A stretch of DNA of 64,000 nt from Candidatus Kapaibacterium sp. (lineage in GTDB: Bacteria > Bacteroidota > Ignavibacteria > Kapaibacteriales > UBA2268): positions 5,216,001 to 5,280,000 of the forward strand of contig OY762428.1 of NCBI GenBank assembly GCA_963665665.1, given 5' to 3'. Position 1 is the first letter of the stretch, and every line of letters starts with the position of its first letter. Positions 18,760 through 29,000 of this stretch are shown here, one piece after another. A program made the translations under genes and the position numbers. Below the pieces are notes generated by a model that searched no databases, had not been told where the DNA came from, and saw nothing but the letters and a program-made list of their open reading frames with translations.

Positions 18760-21700
18760 TTACGAGAATTTTCTTTTTATTTCGACTTCTCTGTATGCTT
18801 CAATAATGTCATCCTGACGAACATCATTGTAGCCGTCAAGCTGAATACCACATTCATATGCTGTGTCAACTTCTTTCGTATCGTCTTTACCTCGTTTAAG
18901 CGAAGCAATAGTTCCGTTGAAAATTTCTAATCCGTCGCGTAAAAGTCTTACTTTATTGTTACGGTGAATCTTTCCGCTCAGTACATAACAACCGGCAATC
19001 GAGCCAAGACGACTGATCTTGAATACTTTTCTAACTTCAACAGTACCAAGAATTTCTTCTTCAATATCAGGAGTAAGAAGGCCTTCAAGAGCCAGTGTAA
19101 CATCATTAATACAATTGTAGATAATATCGTACTGGCGAATTTCAACAGCTTCGTTTTCTGCGATTCTCTTTGCCTGGCTTGTAGCGCTTTGATTAAATCC
19201 GATTATGATAGCGCCTGACGCAGATGCCAGAGTAACATCAGATTCTTTTATGGCTCCAACGCCTTTCAGGATAATATTAACCCTTACTTCATCACGTGAA
19301 AGCTTAAGCAATGAATCGCTTAGTGCTTCAACTGAACCAGCTACATCGCCTTTAATAATAAGGTTCAGATCTTTAACTCCACCAAGCTGAATTTGTGCAG
19401 AGATGTCATCAAGAGTAACATGCCTTATCTGCCTGAATTCCTGCTCGCGGCGCAGCTGCTGCCTTTCGATAGAAATCCTTCTCGCTTCGGAATCAGATTT
19501 TGCTACCATAAATATATCACCAGCTTCAGGTATTCCGTCGAAACCGATAACTCTTACGGGAGTACTCGGACCAATCTCAAATACTTTATTGCCTCTTTCA
19601 TCAAGCATTGCCCTTACTCTGCCGGAGAATGACCCTGCAACGAAAGGATCACCGATTCTGAGAGTACCTTTCTGGACGATAATTGTGGCTATGTTTCCAA
19701 GGCCTTTGGTCATGTGGGATTCAATTACAGTGCCTCTGGCAACCCTGTCAGGATTGGCTGTAAGTTCCAGCATTTCAGCTTCAAGCAAAATAGCGTCCAA
19801 AAGTTTGTCAACATTGATGCCTTTTTTAGCTGAAATTTCTACACTCTGGTATTTACCGCCCCAGTCTTCCACAAGAATATTGTGATCTGAAAGCTGTTGT
19901 TTAATCCTGTCGGGATTGGCATCAGGTTTGTCAATTTTGTTAATAGCCACAACAATTGGAACTTCTGCCGCCTGGGCATGGCTGATAGCTTCAATTGTCT
20001 GAGGCATAACAGCATCGTCGGCAGCAACAATCAGGATAACAATATCAGTTACCTGAGCACCCCTTGCCCTCATAGCCGTAAATGCTTCGTGGCCCGGAGT
20101 ATCAAGGAATGTTACTTTATTACCGCTATCAGTTTTCACCTGGTAGGCTCCAATATGCTGAGTGATTCCACCCGCCTCACCGGCAACAACGTTAGAATGC
20201 CTGATATAATCAAGAAGTGATGTTTTACCGTGATCAACATGGCCCATGATAGTAACGATAGGATGCCGGGGTAATAATGATTCTTCCGGATCTTCAATAT
20301 CAGTTACAACATCGAATGCTTTCTGTTCTACGAATTCCACTTCATAGCCATAATCATCAGCAATAAGAGTAATGGTGTCTTTATCAAGCCTTTGATTAAT
20401 TGTCACCATAATTCCAAGAGCAAGACATTTAAGGATAACATCGTTGGAATTAACATTCATCAGGTTTGCCAGGTCGCTGGTAGTCACAAATTCAGTAAGT
20501 TTAAGAATTTGAGATTCTTTTTCGGCCTGCTGTGCTGCAGCCATTTCTTTCTCTTCTCTCTCGGCTTTTTTCTTTTGCCTCATTTTGGAGCGTGAACCAC
20601 TGCCACCATGATGTTCCATACCCCTGAGAGTTTCCTTGATTGCCTTATCAACATCTTCCTGAGAAATAGATTCCCTGATAGATTTCCTTTTGCGTTTACG
20701 TTTTCTATCTTCAGGTTTAGCTTTTTTCTGCTGCTGTGCTTCCTGCTCGATGTTGATTTCCTTACCTTTGGTTTTTTTACGTCTTCTTTTTGATGTCTTT
20801 GTGTCCTGACTGTCGTCATCTTTTTTTTCGGCATCAGCTTTCTGAGGCCTTTTCTTTTTATTTCTTCTTTCCTGTTCCTGTTTCGCAGCAATATCAATTT
20901 TTCCTACAATTGTCAGGCCGGGGAGTTTCCTGTCGTCTTCTTCATCAAGATCGACTTCGAGTATTTTCTTGGATTTTTTCTTTCTCCTGGTAGGTTTACG
21001 GTCTGACTTGGAATTTCGGGAACTATTCCCGGATGAATCAGATTTGCTATCCTCGGAAACCTCTTCTCCGGATTCTCCGGTGGTTTTCTGAGCAGCAGCT
21101 TTTCCAGCAACATCCGCACCTTTATCTGATTTTATAGTATCGGCCTTAGCTTCCTGTTTTTCAGATTTTTTATCAACAACTTTATCTTTTGCAGTTTCAA
21201 CAGGTTTCTTTTCAGCAACAGGTACCTGGTTTCGTTTATCAGTTTCAACTTTGTGAACTTTTTCAGTGCCATCCTGAGATTTTACAGAAGCAGCATTCTG
21301 AGTTTCGGATTTAGATTCCTGTACAGGCTTCACTTCAGGAGCAGGCGCTTTTTCAACCTTCACTGTTGATTCATGTGCCTCTTTTTTCCTGGAACTGCGT
21401 TTAGCAGGCCTGGTGGGTTCCATTCTTTTTTCTAATTCAGCAAGGTCAATTTTTTCGAAAGGCTTGGGCTCGTCAGATATCTCATCTGTTTTGTCAACTG
21501 CAGGCTTTTCTTCTTTCTGCGGAACGGCTTTAGGTTCCTCAATAATTTTTTCTGCTTCGGTTGTACTTTTCGAAGCGTTATCAGTTACAACAGCTCCTGT
21601 ATCCGGCTGATCGTCAACGGAAGCAACGCCACTTACACTTGAAGTTTCATCATCAGATTGTTCTTCCGATTTGTCTTTTGTCCTGATTATTTTATGTTTA

Positions 21701-21906
21701 ACCAGTTTTTCTCTTTGAACTTCGGCAGCGCGTTTTTCCCTTTTGAATTTATCATAAATAAGTTCAATCAGATCGGGAGTAAGTGTGGTTGTTGCCTTGT
21801 TATCAATTTCATGGCCCTTGCTTGCCAGGAAGTCAACAATAGCATCCTTACCGATGTTTATTTCCGAAGCTATTTTAAAAAGTCTTTTTTTTCTGCCAGC
21901 AGTCAT
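18760..21906 (-). CDS. infB: translation initiation factor IF-2
   Basis: GHVDHGKTSLLD, GEAGGITQHIGAY, DTPGHEAF, NKID; long low-complexity N-terminus. Confidence 0.99.
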   Translation of the reverse strand: MTAGRKKRLFKIASEINIGKDAIVDFLASKGHEIDNKATTTLTPDLIELIYDKFKREKRAAEVQREKLVKHKIIRTKDKSEEQSDDETSSVSGVASVDDQPDTGAVVTDNASKSTTEAEKIIEEPKAVPQKEEKPAVDKTDEISDEPKPFEKIDLAELEKRMEPTRPAKRSSRKKEAHESTVKVEKAPAPEVKPVQESKSETQNAASVKSQDGTEKVHKVETDKRNQVPVAEKKPVETAKDKVVDKKSEKQEAKADTIKSDKGADVAGKAAAQKTTGESGEEVSEDSKSDSSGNSSRNSKSDRKPTRRKKKSKKILEVDLDEEDDRKLPGLTIVGKIDIAAKQEQERRNKKKRPQKADAEKKDDDSQDTKTSKRRRKKTKGKEINIEQEAQQQKKAKPEDRKRKRKRKSIRESISQEDVDKAIKETLRGMEHHGGSGSRSKMRQKKKAEREEKEMAAAQQAEKESQILKLTEFVTTSDLANLMNVNSNDVILKCLALGIMVTINQRLDKDTITLIADDYGYEVEFVEQKAFDVVTDIEDPEESLLPRHPIVTIMGHVDHGKTSLLDYIRHSNVVAGEAGGITQHIGAYQVKTDSGNKVTFLDTPGHEAFTAMRARGAQVTDIVILIVAADDAVMPQTIEAISHAQAAEVPIVVAINKIDKPDANPDRIKQQLSDHNILVEDWGGKYQSVEISAKKGINVDKLLDAILLEAEMLELTANPDRVARGTVIESHMTKGLGNIATIIVQKGTLRIGDPFVAGSFSGRVRAMLDERGNKVFEIGPSTPVRVIGFDGIPEAGDIFMVAKSDSEARRISIERQQLRREQEFRQIRHVTLDDISAQIQLGGVKDLNLIIKGDVAGSVEALSDSLLKLSRDEVRVNIILKGVGAIKESDVTLASASGAIIIGFNQSATSQAKRIAENEAVEIRQYDIIYNCINDVTLALEGLLTPDIEEEILGTVEVRKVFKISRLGSIAGCYVLSGKIHRNNKVRLLRDGLEIFNGTIASLKRGKDDTKEVDTAYECGIQLDGYNDVRQDDIIEAYREVEIKRKFS

Positions 21907-22010
21907 AAATCTTAATAATTTATTTATCAATAACTTGTTTCAATCTTGTGTTCAATAATATTTGTATTGCCCGTAAAGGGATAACTATCAAATTCAATAA
22001 AATGCACTAA

Positions 22011-23381
22011 CTATATGTTATCGTCGGCCCTGTCCAGTATATCGTCGATAACATGGTCATCATCAGAATAGTTCTTTATTTCATCAATTGTTTCCTGGGT
22101 TTCTTTTTCTTCGAACTCTTCAAGCATAATTCTTCTGAGTTCAATAAGTTTATCCTTGGAAATCTCATCAAAAGCGAGCATAAACCCGACATCAGAATCA
22201 AGGAAGTCACGGGCGGACATAATACCTGATTCATTAAGAATATCAAGCAAGTCTTCGCCAAGTTCATCCTGGAATTCACTAAGGTCAATATCCTCGGCAC
22301 CTTCTTTGATCAGTGTAAGTGAGAATCCAGTAAGCTTGGATGCAAGGCGCACGTTCTGTCCGCTTTTACCAATTGCAAGCGATACCTGGTCTTCTGCTAC
22401 TGTAACATTTGCCGTTTTAGTTTCGCGGTCGAGAGAAATATCTTTAACCTTTGCCGGCGACAGACTTCTTGCAATAAATACTTCAAGGTTGTCTGAGTGC
22501 TGTATAAGATCGATATTCTCGTTGTTCAATTCTCGAACGATGGAATGTATCCTGATACCTTTCATACCAACGCAGGCTCCAACAGGATCGACTCTGTCGT
22601 CGAAGGAAACCACGGCAACTTTAGATCTTTCACCGGGATCGCGGGCTATAGCTCTGATTTGAATGATTCCGTCATAAATTTCAGGAATTTCAATTTCAAA
22701 CAATCTGGCAAGAAAGTCTTCCGAAGCTCTGGAAAGAATTATTTCCGGTTGGCTTCCCTGGCCTGACCTTTTTACTTCTTTAATAATTGCCTTGATTGTC
22801 TGGTTTTTCTTGAATTTATATGGTTCGTTCGGAATTTGCTCTTCCCTTGTCAGGCGCATTTCCACACCTTCGTGCATGATAAGAATATCATGTCGTCTGA
22901 CCTGGTATATCTCACCAATGATGATCTCGCCAACGCGTTTTTCATATTCCTGGTAAATGTTGTCTTTTTCAACTTCCCTGATCCTCTGGTTCAGGTTCTG
23001 TGTTGCCAGAGATATAAGCCTTCTGCCGAAGTTGTCGGCAATATTATCAAGGGTAATTTCTTCGATGAATTCATCGCCAAGCTCGTAATCATCCTCGACA
23101 GCATATTTCATAGCCTCTTCAAGGCTGATTTCGAGTGAAGGGTCTTCGACTTCTTCAACAACGGTACGTAGCAGGTAAATTTCAATATCACCTTTGTCCA
23201 TATTTACAATTATCTCGAAATTAGCCTCGGGGGTGTATTTTTTCCTGATAATCATTGATATGGTTTCTTCGACGATACCTTGCAGAAGGTCGCGGTCGAT
23301 ATTCTTGCTTTTAGCCATCTCTGCAAAAGCATCGATGATTACTTTTTTATCTACCTGGAATTTCTTTTTGCGACGACGCAT
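22011..23381 (-). CDS. nusA: transcription termination/antitermination factor NusA
   Basis: ARDPGERSKVAV, DPVGACVGMKG, SLAIGKSGQNVRLA. Confidence 0.98.
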   Translation of the reverse strand: MRRRKKKFQVDKKVIIDAFAEMAKSKNIDRDLLQGIVEETISMIIRKKYTPEANFEIIVNMDKGDIEIYLLRTVVEEVEDPSLEISLEEAMKYAVEDDYELGDEFIEEITLDNIADNFGRRLISLATQNLNQRIREVEKDNIYQEYEKRVGEIIIGEIYQVRRHDILIMHEGVEMRLTREEQIPNEPYKFKKNQTIKAIIKEVKRSGQGSQPEIILSRASEDFLARLFEIEIPEIYDGIIQIRAIARDPGERSKVAVVSFDDRVDPVGACVGMKGIRIHSIVRELNNENIDLIQHSDNLEVFIARSLSPAKVKDISLDRETKTANVTVAEDQVSLAIGKSGQNVRLASKLTGFSLTLIKEGAEDIDLSEFQDELGEDLLDILNESGIMSARDFLDSDVGFMLAFDEISKDKLIELRRIMLEEFEEKETQETIDEIKNYSDDDHVIDDILDRADDNI

Positions 23382-23445
23382 GATCTAAAACAACTATGTT
23401 AATAAAAATTTCTTTAGTTAGCAGCGGACAAATTATTCCCCGAAT

Positions 23446-23466
23446 AAAAAAAGGGCTCATCAGCCC
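23446..23466 (-). terminator. leader terminator/attenuator upstream of nusA
   Basis: minus strand GGGCT-GATG-AGCCC-T7, just downstream of a TATTTTTG box at 23478-23485. Confidence 0.65.
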
Positions 23467-23713
23467 GTCACTGATTACAAAAATACAACTTTTTGAGTGT
23501 TCGGCAATGACATAAATTAAAAAAATCAATTTTTTTTATTATCAATCCTTGCTTCAATCCGTTTAATTTTCAAATTTTCAACAAAATTATGAAACTTATC
23601 TGTAATTTAAAGCTAATTAATTCGTTAAATCAGAAAATTAACAAAATTTTCTACATTTAACTAAGTTATTGAAAATTATATGATATTATAAAAATTACTA
23701 TTGGAGATTAATA

Positions 23714-24877
23714 ATGGCTTTTCAGGGTGTTGACTATTATAACATGGATGAACTTTTTACATCCGACGAAATACTTGTAAGGGATACGGTTAGAGATTTT
23801 ACTACTAACGAGGTAATACCACTTATAGAAGAATATTATATGAAGGGAGAATTCCCGATGGACCTTATTCCGAAGATGGCGGAACTTGGCCTGTTGGGAA
23901 TAACCATTCCGGAAGAGTTCGGTGGTGCCGGAGCCAACAGTACCTGCTACGGCCTTGCGATGCAGGAACTTGAAAGGGGAGACTCGGGCGTTAGGTCATT
24001 TGCATCTGTTCTTAATTCACTTGTGATGTTTCCTATCAATGAATATGGGACAATTGAACAGAAAAAGAAATGGTTGCCAAAGCTTGCTTCGGGTGAGGCC
24101 ATAGGATGCTTCGGCCTGACAGAACCGGATTATGGCTCAAATCCCGGCGGGATGGTAACCAAAGCTGAAAAAATTGACGGCGGATACCTTCTTAACGGTG
24201 CAAAAATGTGGATTACGAATGGTACTTTTGCCGATGTTGCTGTAGTTTGGGCAAAATTTGAAGGCAAAGTGCATGGTTTTCTTGTAGAAAAAGGAATGAA
24301 CGGATTCACAGCCCCGGAAATGAAAGGCAAACATTCATTAAGGGCTTCTGTTACTTCCGAATTGGTATTCAGGGATGTTGAAATACCCGAAGAAAACAGG
24401 CTTGAAGTTACAGGTTTAAGGGGGCCGCTCAGCTGCCTGAACAAAGCCCGCTACGGAATAGCCTGGGGAGCTGTAGGAGCGGCAATGTCTGTATATGATT
24501 CGTCCGTGGAATACGCAAAATCCAGGATTCAGTTCGGCAAACCGATTGCCGCTTTCCAGATACAGCAGCAAAAACTTGCCGATATGCTTACCGAGATCAC
24601 TAAAGCGCAATTGCTGAATTTCAGGCTAGGACGATTAATGGACGAAGGCAGGGCGCGCCACCAGCAGGTTTCGCTGGCAAAGCGTAACAATGTATATATG
24701 GCTTTGCAGGCCTCGCGCACAGCGAGGGAAATCCACGGAGCCAATGGCATAACTAATGAATACCCGATTATGCGCCATGCAGCTAACCTGGAATCGGTAC
24801 ATACTTACGAGGGAACTTATGACATTCACACATTGGTTCTCGGGGAGGATATTACAGGCATTCCGGCTTTTAAATAA
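23714..24877 (+). CDS. gcdH: acyl-CoA dehydrogenase, glutaryl-CoA dehydrogenase-like
   Basis: GCFGLTEPDYGSNP, KMWITNG, TYEGTYDIHTL, GIPAF. Confidence 0.82.
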   Translation: MAFQGVDYYNMDELFTSDEILVRDTVRDFTTNEVIPLIEEYYMKGEFPMDLIPKMAELGLLGITIPEEFGGAGANSTCYGLAMQELERGDSGVRSFASVLNSLVMFPINEYGTIEQKKKWLPKLASGEAIGCFGLTEPDYGSNPGGMVTKAEKIDGGYLLNGAKMWITNGTFADVAVVWAKFEGKVHGFLVEKGMNGFTAPEMKGKHSLRASVTSELVFRDVEIPEENRLEVTGLRGPLSCLNKARYGIAWGAVGAAMSVYDSSVEYAKSRIQFGKPIAAFQIQQQKLADMLTEITKAQLLNFRLGRLMDEGRARHQQVSLAKRNNVYMALQASRTAREIHGANGITNEYPIMRHAANLESVHTYEGTYDIHTLVLGEDITGIPAFK

Positions 24878-24997
24878 ACTCTTGTCAATAGTGATTTCTT
24901 ATTGCTAAATTTGCTGTTTGTCATGGGGTACCCGTAAGGCGGGTTGGCGAAAAATTAGATTGAGAATAAATTCAAGAAGAAGAAACCACACCTTTAA

Positions 24998-25016
24998 TCC
25001 CCTCCAATGGAGGGGA
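24998..25016. repeat. short REP-like palindrome
   Basis: TCCCCTCC-AAT-GGAGGGGA perfect hairpin in intergenic DNA. Confidence 0.5.
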
Positions 25017-25236
25017 ATGATATCTAATTTTTTCTTTTCCTTACGAAGCTTGGCATCAAAGTATCATAGTAAAACTTAGTAGGAAATACTCAATCCCAAG
25101 TTCAAATTGGGATGTAGAGAATAACTGTGGAAAGAGATAATATCACCACCATTTTTCTGATTATTCCTACTTGCAGATGTCCAACACCGTTAAGCGTAGG
25201 ACATCTTTTAATAAATCATTTTTTATGCTACCAGGC

Positions 25237-26049
25237 TTACACGTATTCTCTTCTAAGCTCATCAAGCATATCGTCCGTAAGTTTTTCTTTCTTACGGATT
25301 TCCGCGAACTTATCCAGCAGGTCGTTGGTGGTAAGGCGGCGTTTTTCCTCAAGGGAAATATCTTCAATTACTTCGCCTTTGTTCATCATTATTGTCCTGT
25401 TGCCGAGTTCCAGGGCCTGCTGCATGGAATGCGTTACCATTACAGTTGTCAGTTTGTCACGTTCAACAAATTTCTTTGTCAGCTTAATTACCTGCGCCGC
25501 CGATTTCGGATCGAGCGCTGCGGTGTGTTCGTCCAGCAGAAGCACTTTGGGCTTTAATATAACTGACATAAGCAGAGTCAGAGCCTGGCGCTGCCCGCCT
25601 GAAAGCGAGCCTATCTTGTTGGACAGCCTGCCTTCAAGCTGCATTTCCAATGCCTGAACATCTTCGGACAGTTCTCCCATTCGTGACTTGCTAAGCCCCC
25701 CGAAAGGCATCCTTTTCCTGCCGCGAAGCGAGGCTATATGCAGGTTCTCTGCAATTGTCATATTAGCGGCAGTCCCCTGGAAAGGATTCTGGAACACCCT
25801 TGAGATCAGCTTTGCCCGCTGGTAATCCTTTTTGTGAGTCATGTCCTTTCCGTCGATAAGTATAGTTCCCCTGTCGGGCAGGAAAGTTCCTGCTATTGCA
25901 TTCAGAAGCGTTGACTTTCCGGAACCGTTTGTTCCGATAATAGTAATAAAATCGCCGTCGTTTATATGGAGGTCAATGTTTTTCAGAGCATAAACCTCGT
26001 TTATACTACCGGGATTAAAAGTCTTGTGAAGGTTTTCAATTTTAATCAT
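25237..26049 (-). CDS. ABC transporter ATP-binding protein
   Basis: GTNGSGKST Walker A, LSGGQRQ, LLLDEHTAALDP. Confidence 0.95.
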   Translation of the reverse strand: MIKIENLHKTFNPGSINEVYALKNIDLHINDGDFITIIGTNGSGKSTLLNAIAGTFLPDRGTILIDGKDMTHKKDYQRAKLISRVFQNPFQGTAANMTIAENLHIASLRGRKRMPFGGLSKSRMGELSEDVQALEMQLEGRLSNKIGSLSGGQRQALTLLMSVILKPKVLLLDEHTAALDPKSAAQVIKLTKKFVERDKLTTVMVTHSMQQALELGNRTIMMNKGEVIEDISLEEKRRLTTNDLLDKFAEIRKKEKLTDDMLDELRREYV

Positions 26050-26058
26050 TTTTCTCTC

Positions 26059-29000
26059 CTAATCCCTGTATTTTTCAATATTATCAGATAATTCAGACGG
26101 GAGTTTAAGCCCGTATTCTTCCATCAGCTTCATGTTAACCGCTCTCTTTTCGGGAACATAATCCTGTATGGGTATTCCTGCCGGTTTTTCTCCATTCATT
26201 ACCATAATGGCAACTTTTGCTGTTTGCTCGCCAACTGTTACATAATCGGCGCCTATCCCCATTAGTGCACCCCGGCCTCCTGTAACATCAGTAGGATCGT
26301 TAGTAAAGTATGGAATTTTATCTTTGTGAAGCAAATCTGCAATGGTCGGTATAGCAAGAAATACGGTATTGTCGCCCGAAGTAAGGAAAGCGTCAATATC
26401 TTTACCAATCAGTGTTTTGGTTGCATCAAGAACCTCGCTTGTTGATGATACAGTAGATTCGATTAGTTCAAAGCCGTATTTCTTTGCTGCGTCCCTTGCT
26501 TTGTATGTGCAGGCTTCCGAACATGCTTCGGAAGGATTCCAGACAATACCGATTTTCTTTGCATTGGGGAGCAGCGCCCTGATAGCTTTGATAGTGGATT
26601 CAACCGGTTGGAATGTAGCCACGCCAGTTATGTTTTCCCGATGCTTCTTTGAACTTTCAGCAATTCCCATCCGGTAGGGATCGGTTACTGCGCCGAAAAT
26701 GTGAGGGATGCGGGTATTGGCATTTGCCATAACCTGCAAAGCCGGAGTAGATACCGTTATTATATAATCAAATTCCTGTCTGACAATATCATCAGCAACA
26801 GACTGGGCCATTGTAAATTCATTCTGGGCGTTGAAATCGGTTATTTCAATATTGTTATCGTTCAAATAACCTGTTTTCTTAAATTCGTTCAATATTCCTT
26901 TTCTGGTTTGGGTCAGCACCGTATTGTCGCTGAAAAGGAATAGAGCAAGGTCTTTCTTTTCTTCAGTTTTCTTTTTTTCAATTACTTTATCTGCCCTGGA
27001 AAGAATACCCTTGTTGATTTCAATTCCCATTTTATCCGAAAGCTCTTTATTGATATATAGCAGGGTTCTTTCAGTCTGGTGAATCGGAATATCTGCTGTT
27101 TTCTCTCCGTTTAGTACCCGTGACAAATACAATCCGCCTTCGAAACCGGTTTGAGTGTAATCCGGCCCGAGGCAAACCATAGCTCCGTTCTCGATCAATT
27201 CTGAATCAACTGAAAATACAGGGATTTTATTATCACCTGCTACCTTGGCAAAACTGTCGAATGAAACATTCAGCGTATTATCGCCGGCATTAAGGAAAAT
27301 TTCAGCTCCTTTATTTGCGAGTGACCGCGAAGCTTCAAGAACTTCAGATGGAGTAGTAACTGTTTGCTCAATAATATCGAGCCCGATTTTCCTGCCGTAA
27401 GGCCGTAGTTTATTCATTACTGCTTCGGAATTTGCTTCGGAACTGTTCCATACTATCCCGATTTTTTTCCTGGCGGGGAACATTTCCTTTATTAGCCCAA
27501 GAACTTCCTGAACAGGGGGGAAGCATGCCACGCCGGTCATGTTTGGTTCGTGTTTTTCGGGTGTTTCTGCCGCGCCGATTTTATATGGATCGAAAATATA
27601 TGTAAATACCACTTCCGGTTTCTTTTTTCCCCTTGTCAGGTTTACAGCTGACTGAACACATGGTGTTGAAAGAGGAACTATAATATCGACGTCACGCCTG
27701 ATGAAATCCTGGATAATGGAATTTATCATTGCGAAATCAGCGTTGGCATTTTTATAAATTATATCAATATTTTTCTGATCTTCGTAGCCGTTTACCTTCA
27801 GCGCCGCAAGGATACCTTTCTTACACATTTCAACATTGGGTTCCATAGCAAACTGAACTATCCCGATTTTCTTTTTCTCTTTGGTTTCAACGGCATCAAT
27901 TCCGACAAAAGTAGTTGCTCTTGCCAGTACGCTAACGGGAACTTCGATACCACTTTCTTTTGCAGTTTTCAGATTTATCCCGAGTTCGGTTTTCTTGTAT
28001 TGTTCGAAGGGAATATCAGCAGGGCTTTCCCCGTGGAGTATTCTGTCAACAAGGTGAGCCGCCTGGTGGCCGCTTGATGTATAATCATATCCATAAGCAG
28101 CAAAAGCACCGTCTTTAAGTCTTGAAACATCGCTTAGGATGATAGGAGTTTTAGATTTCATTGCTGCTTTTACAACAGCTTCAAATGCAGAATAAACCGT
28201 GTTATCCGGTGGTAGAAGTATCAGGTCAACATCTTCTTTTATCAGTGCTAGGGCTGCATCATGAACTTCGGTTGTTGATGTTACGGTCATGCCTTCCATT
28301 TCAACATTCGGATTATTTGCAACTGCTTTTTTCAGCCTTTCTACATTGAAAACAGAGTTTGCATGAGCAGGATCCCACAGGGAACCGATTTTAAGCTTCC
28401 CTTTAAATATTTCCGCTGCAAGCTCAAGTGTTTCGTCCATTTTTACCCAGCCGTAAATACCCGTAATACCGGGTAAATGTTTTGTATCGCTTTCCCCTGC
28501 GTCGATAATGAAGGGGTTGGCAACGGTGGCGAATACGATTGGTATATCTTTAACTTTATTAAGTGCTGCCTGAGTTGCCGGCGTTGAGATTGTCACGATC
28601 AGGTCATAATCATCCATAATATATTTATCAACAATATTATTCAGGGTGTGCAGGTCTCCATTAGCATTATCCAGCCTGATTGAACAATTTTCCCCGTCAA
28701 AATATCCAAGTTCCTGCATTTTTTCTGAAAATGCGTCCCTTGTAACATTCAATAATCCGTTATCACTAACCTGCAAAACTCCGATTTTATAGTATTTATC
28801 TAATGTGGCAGGACCCGAACCTATATCCCTTATAAGCCATATCCCGACAGCAATAACTATAACAGCTCCAATTGTTGACCATACAAGTTTGGGCTTCTTT
28901 GCAATAGCTCCTATTCTTTTGCCTATACTTGCCGATCCGTTTGATTTGCCGGAAGCCATTTTGGAGACAAACAATGTAAGGAGTACAAAAACTGCCGTGA

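Noticed and set aside
25127-25657. Long antisense ORFs (also 10340-10855, 19403-19885, 22156-22662, 47254-47748)
   Set aside because: They lie opposite well-supported genes and have no motifs; shadow ORFs
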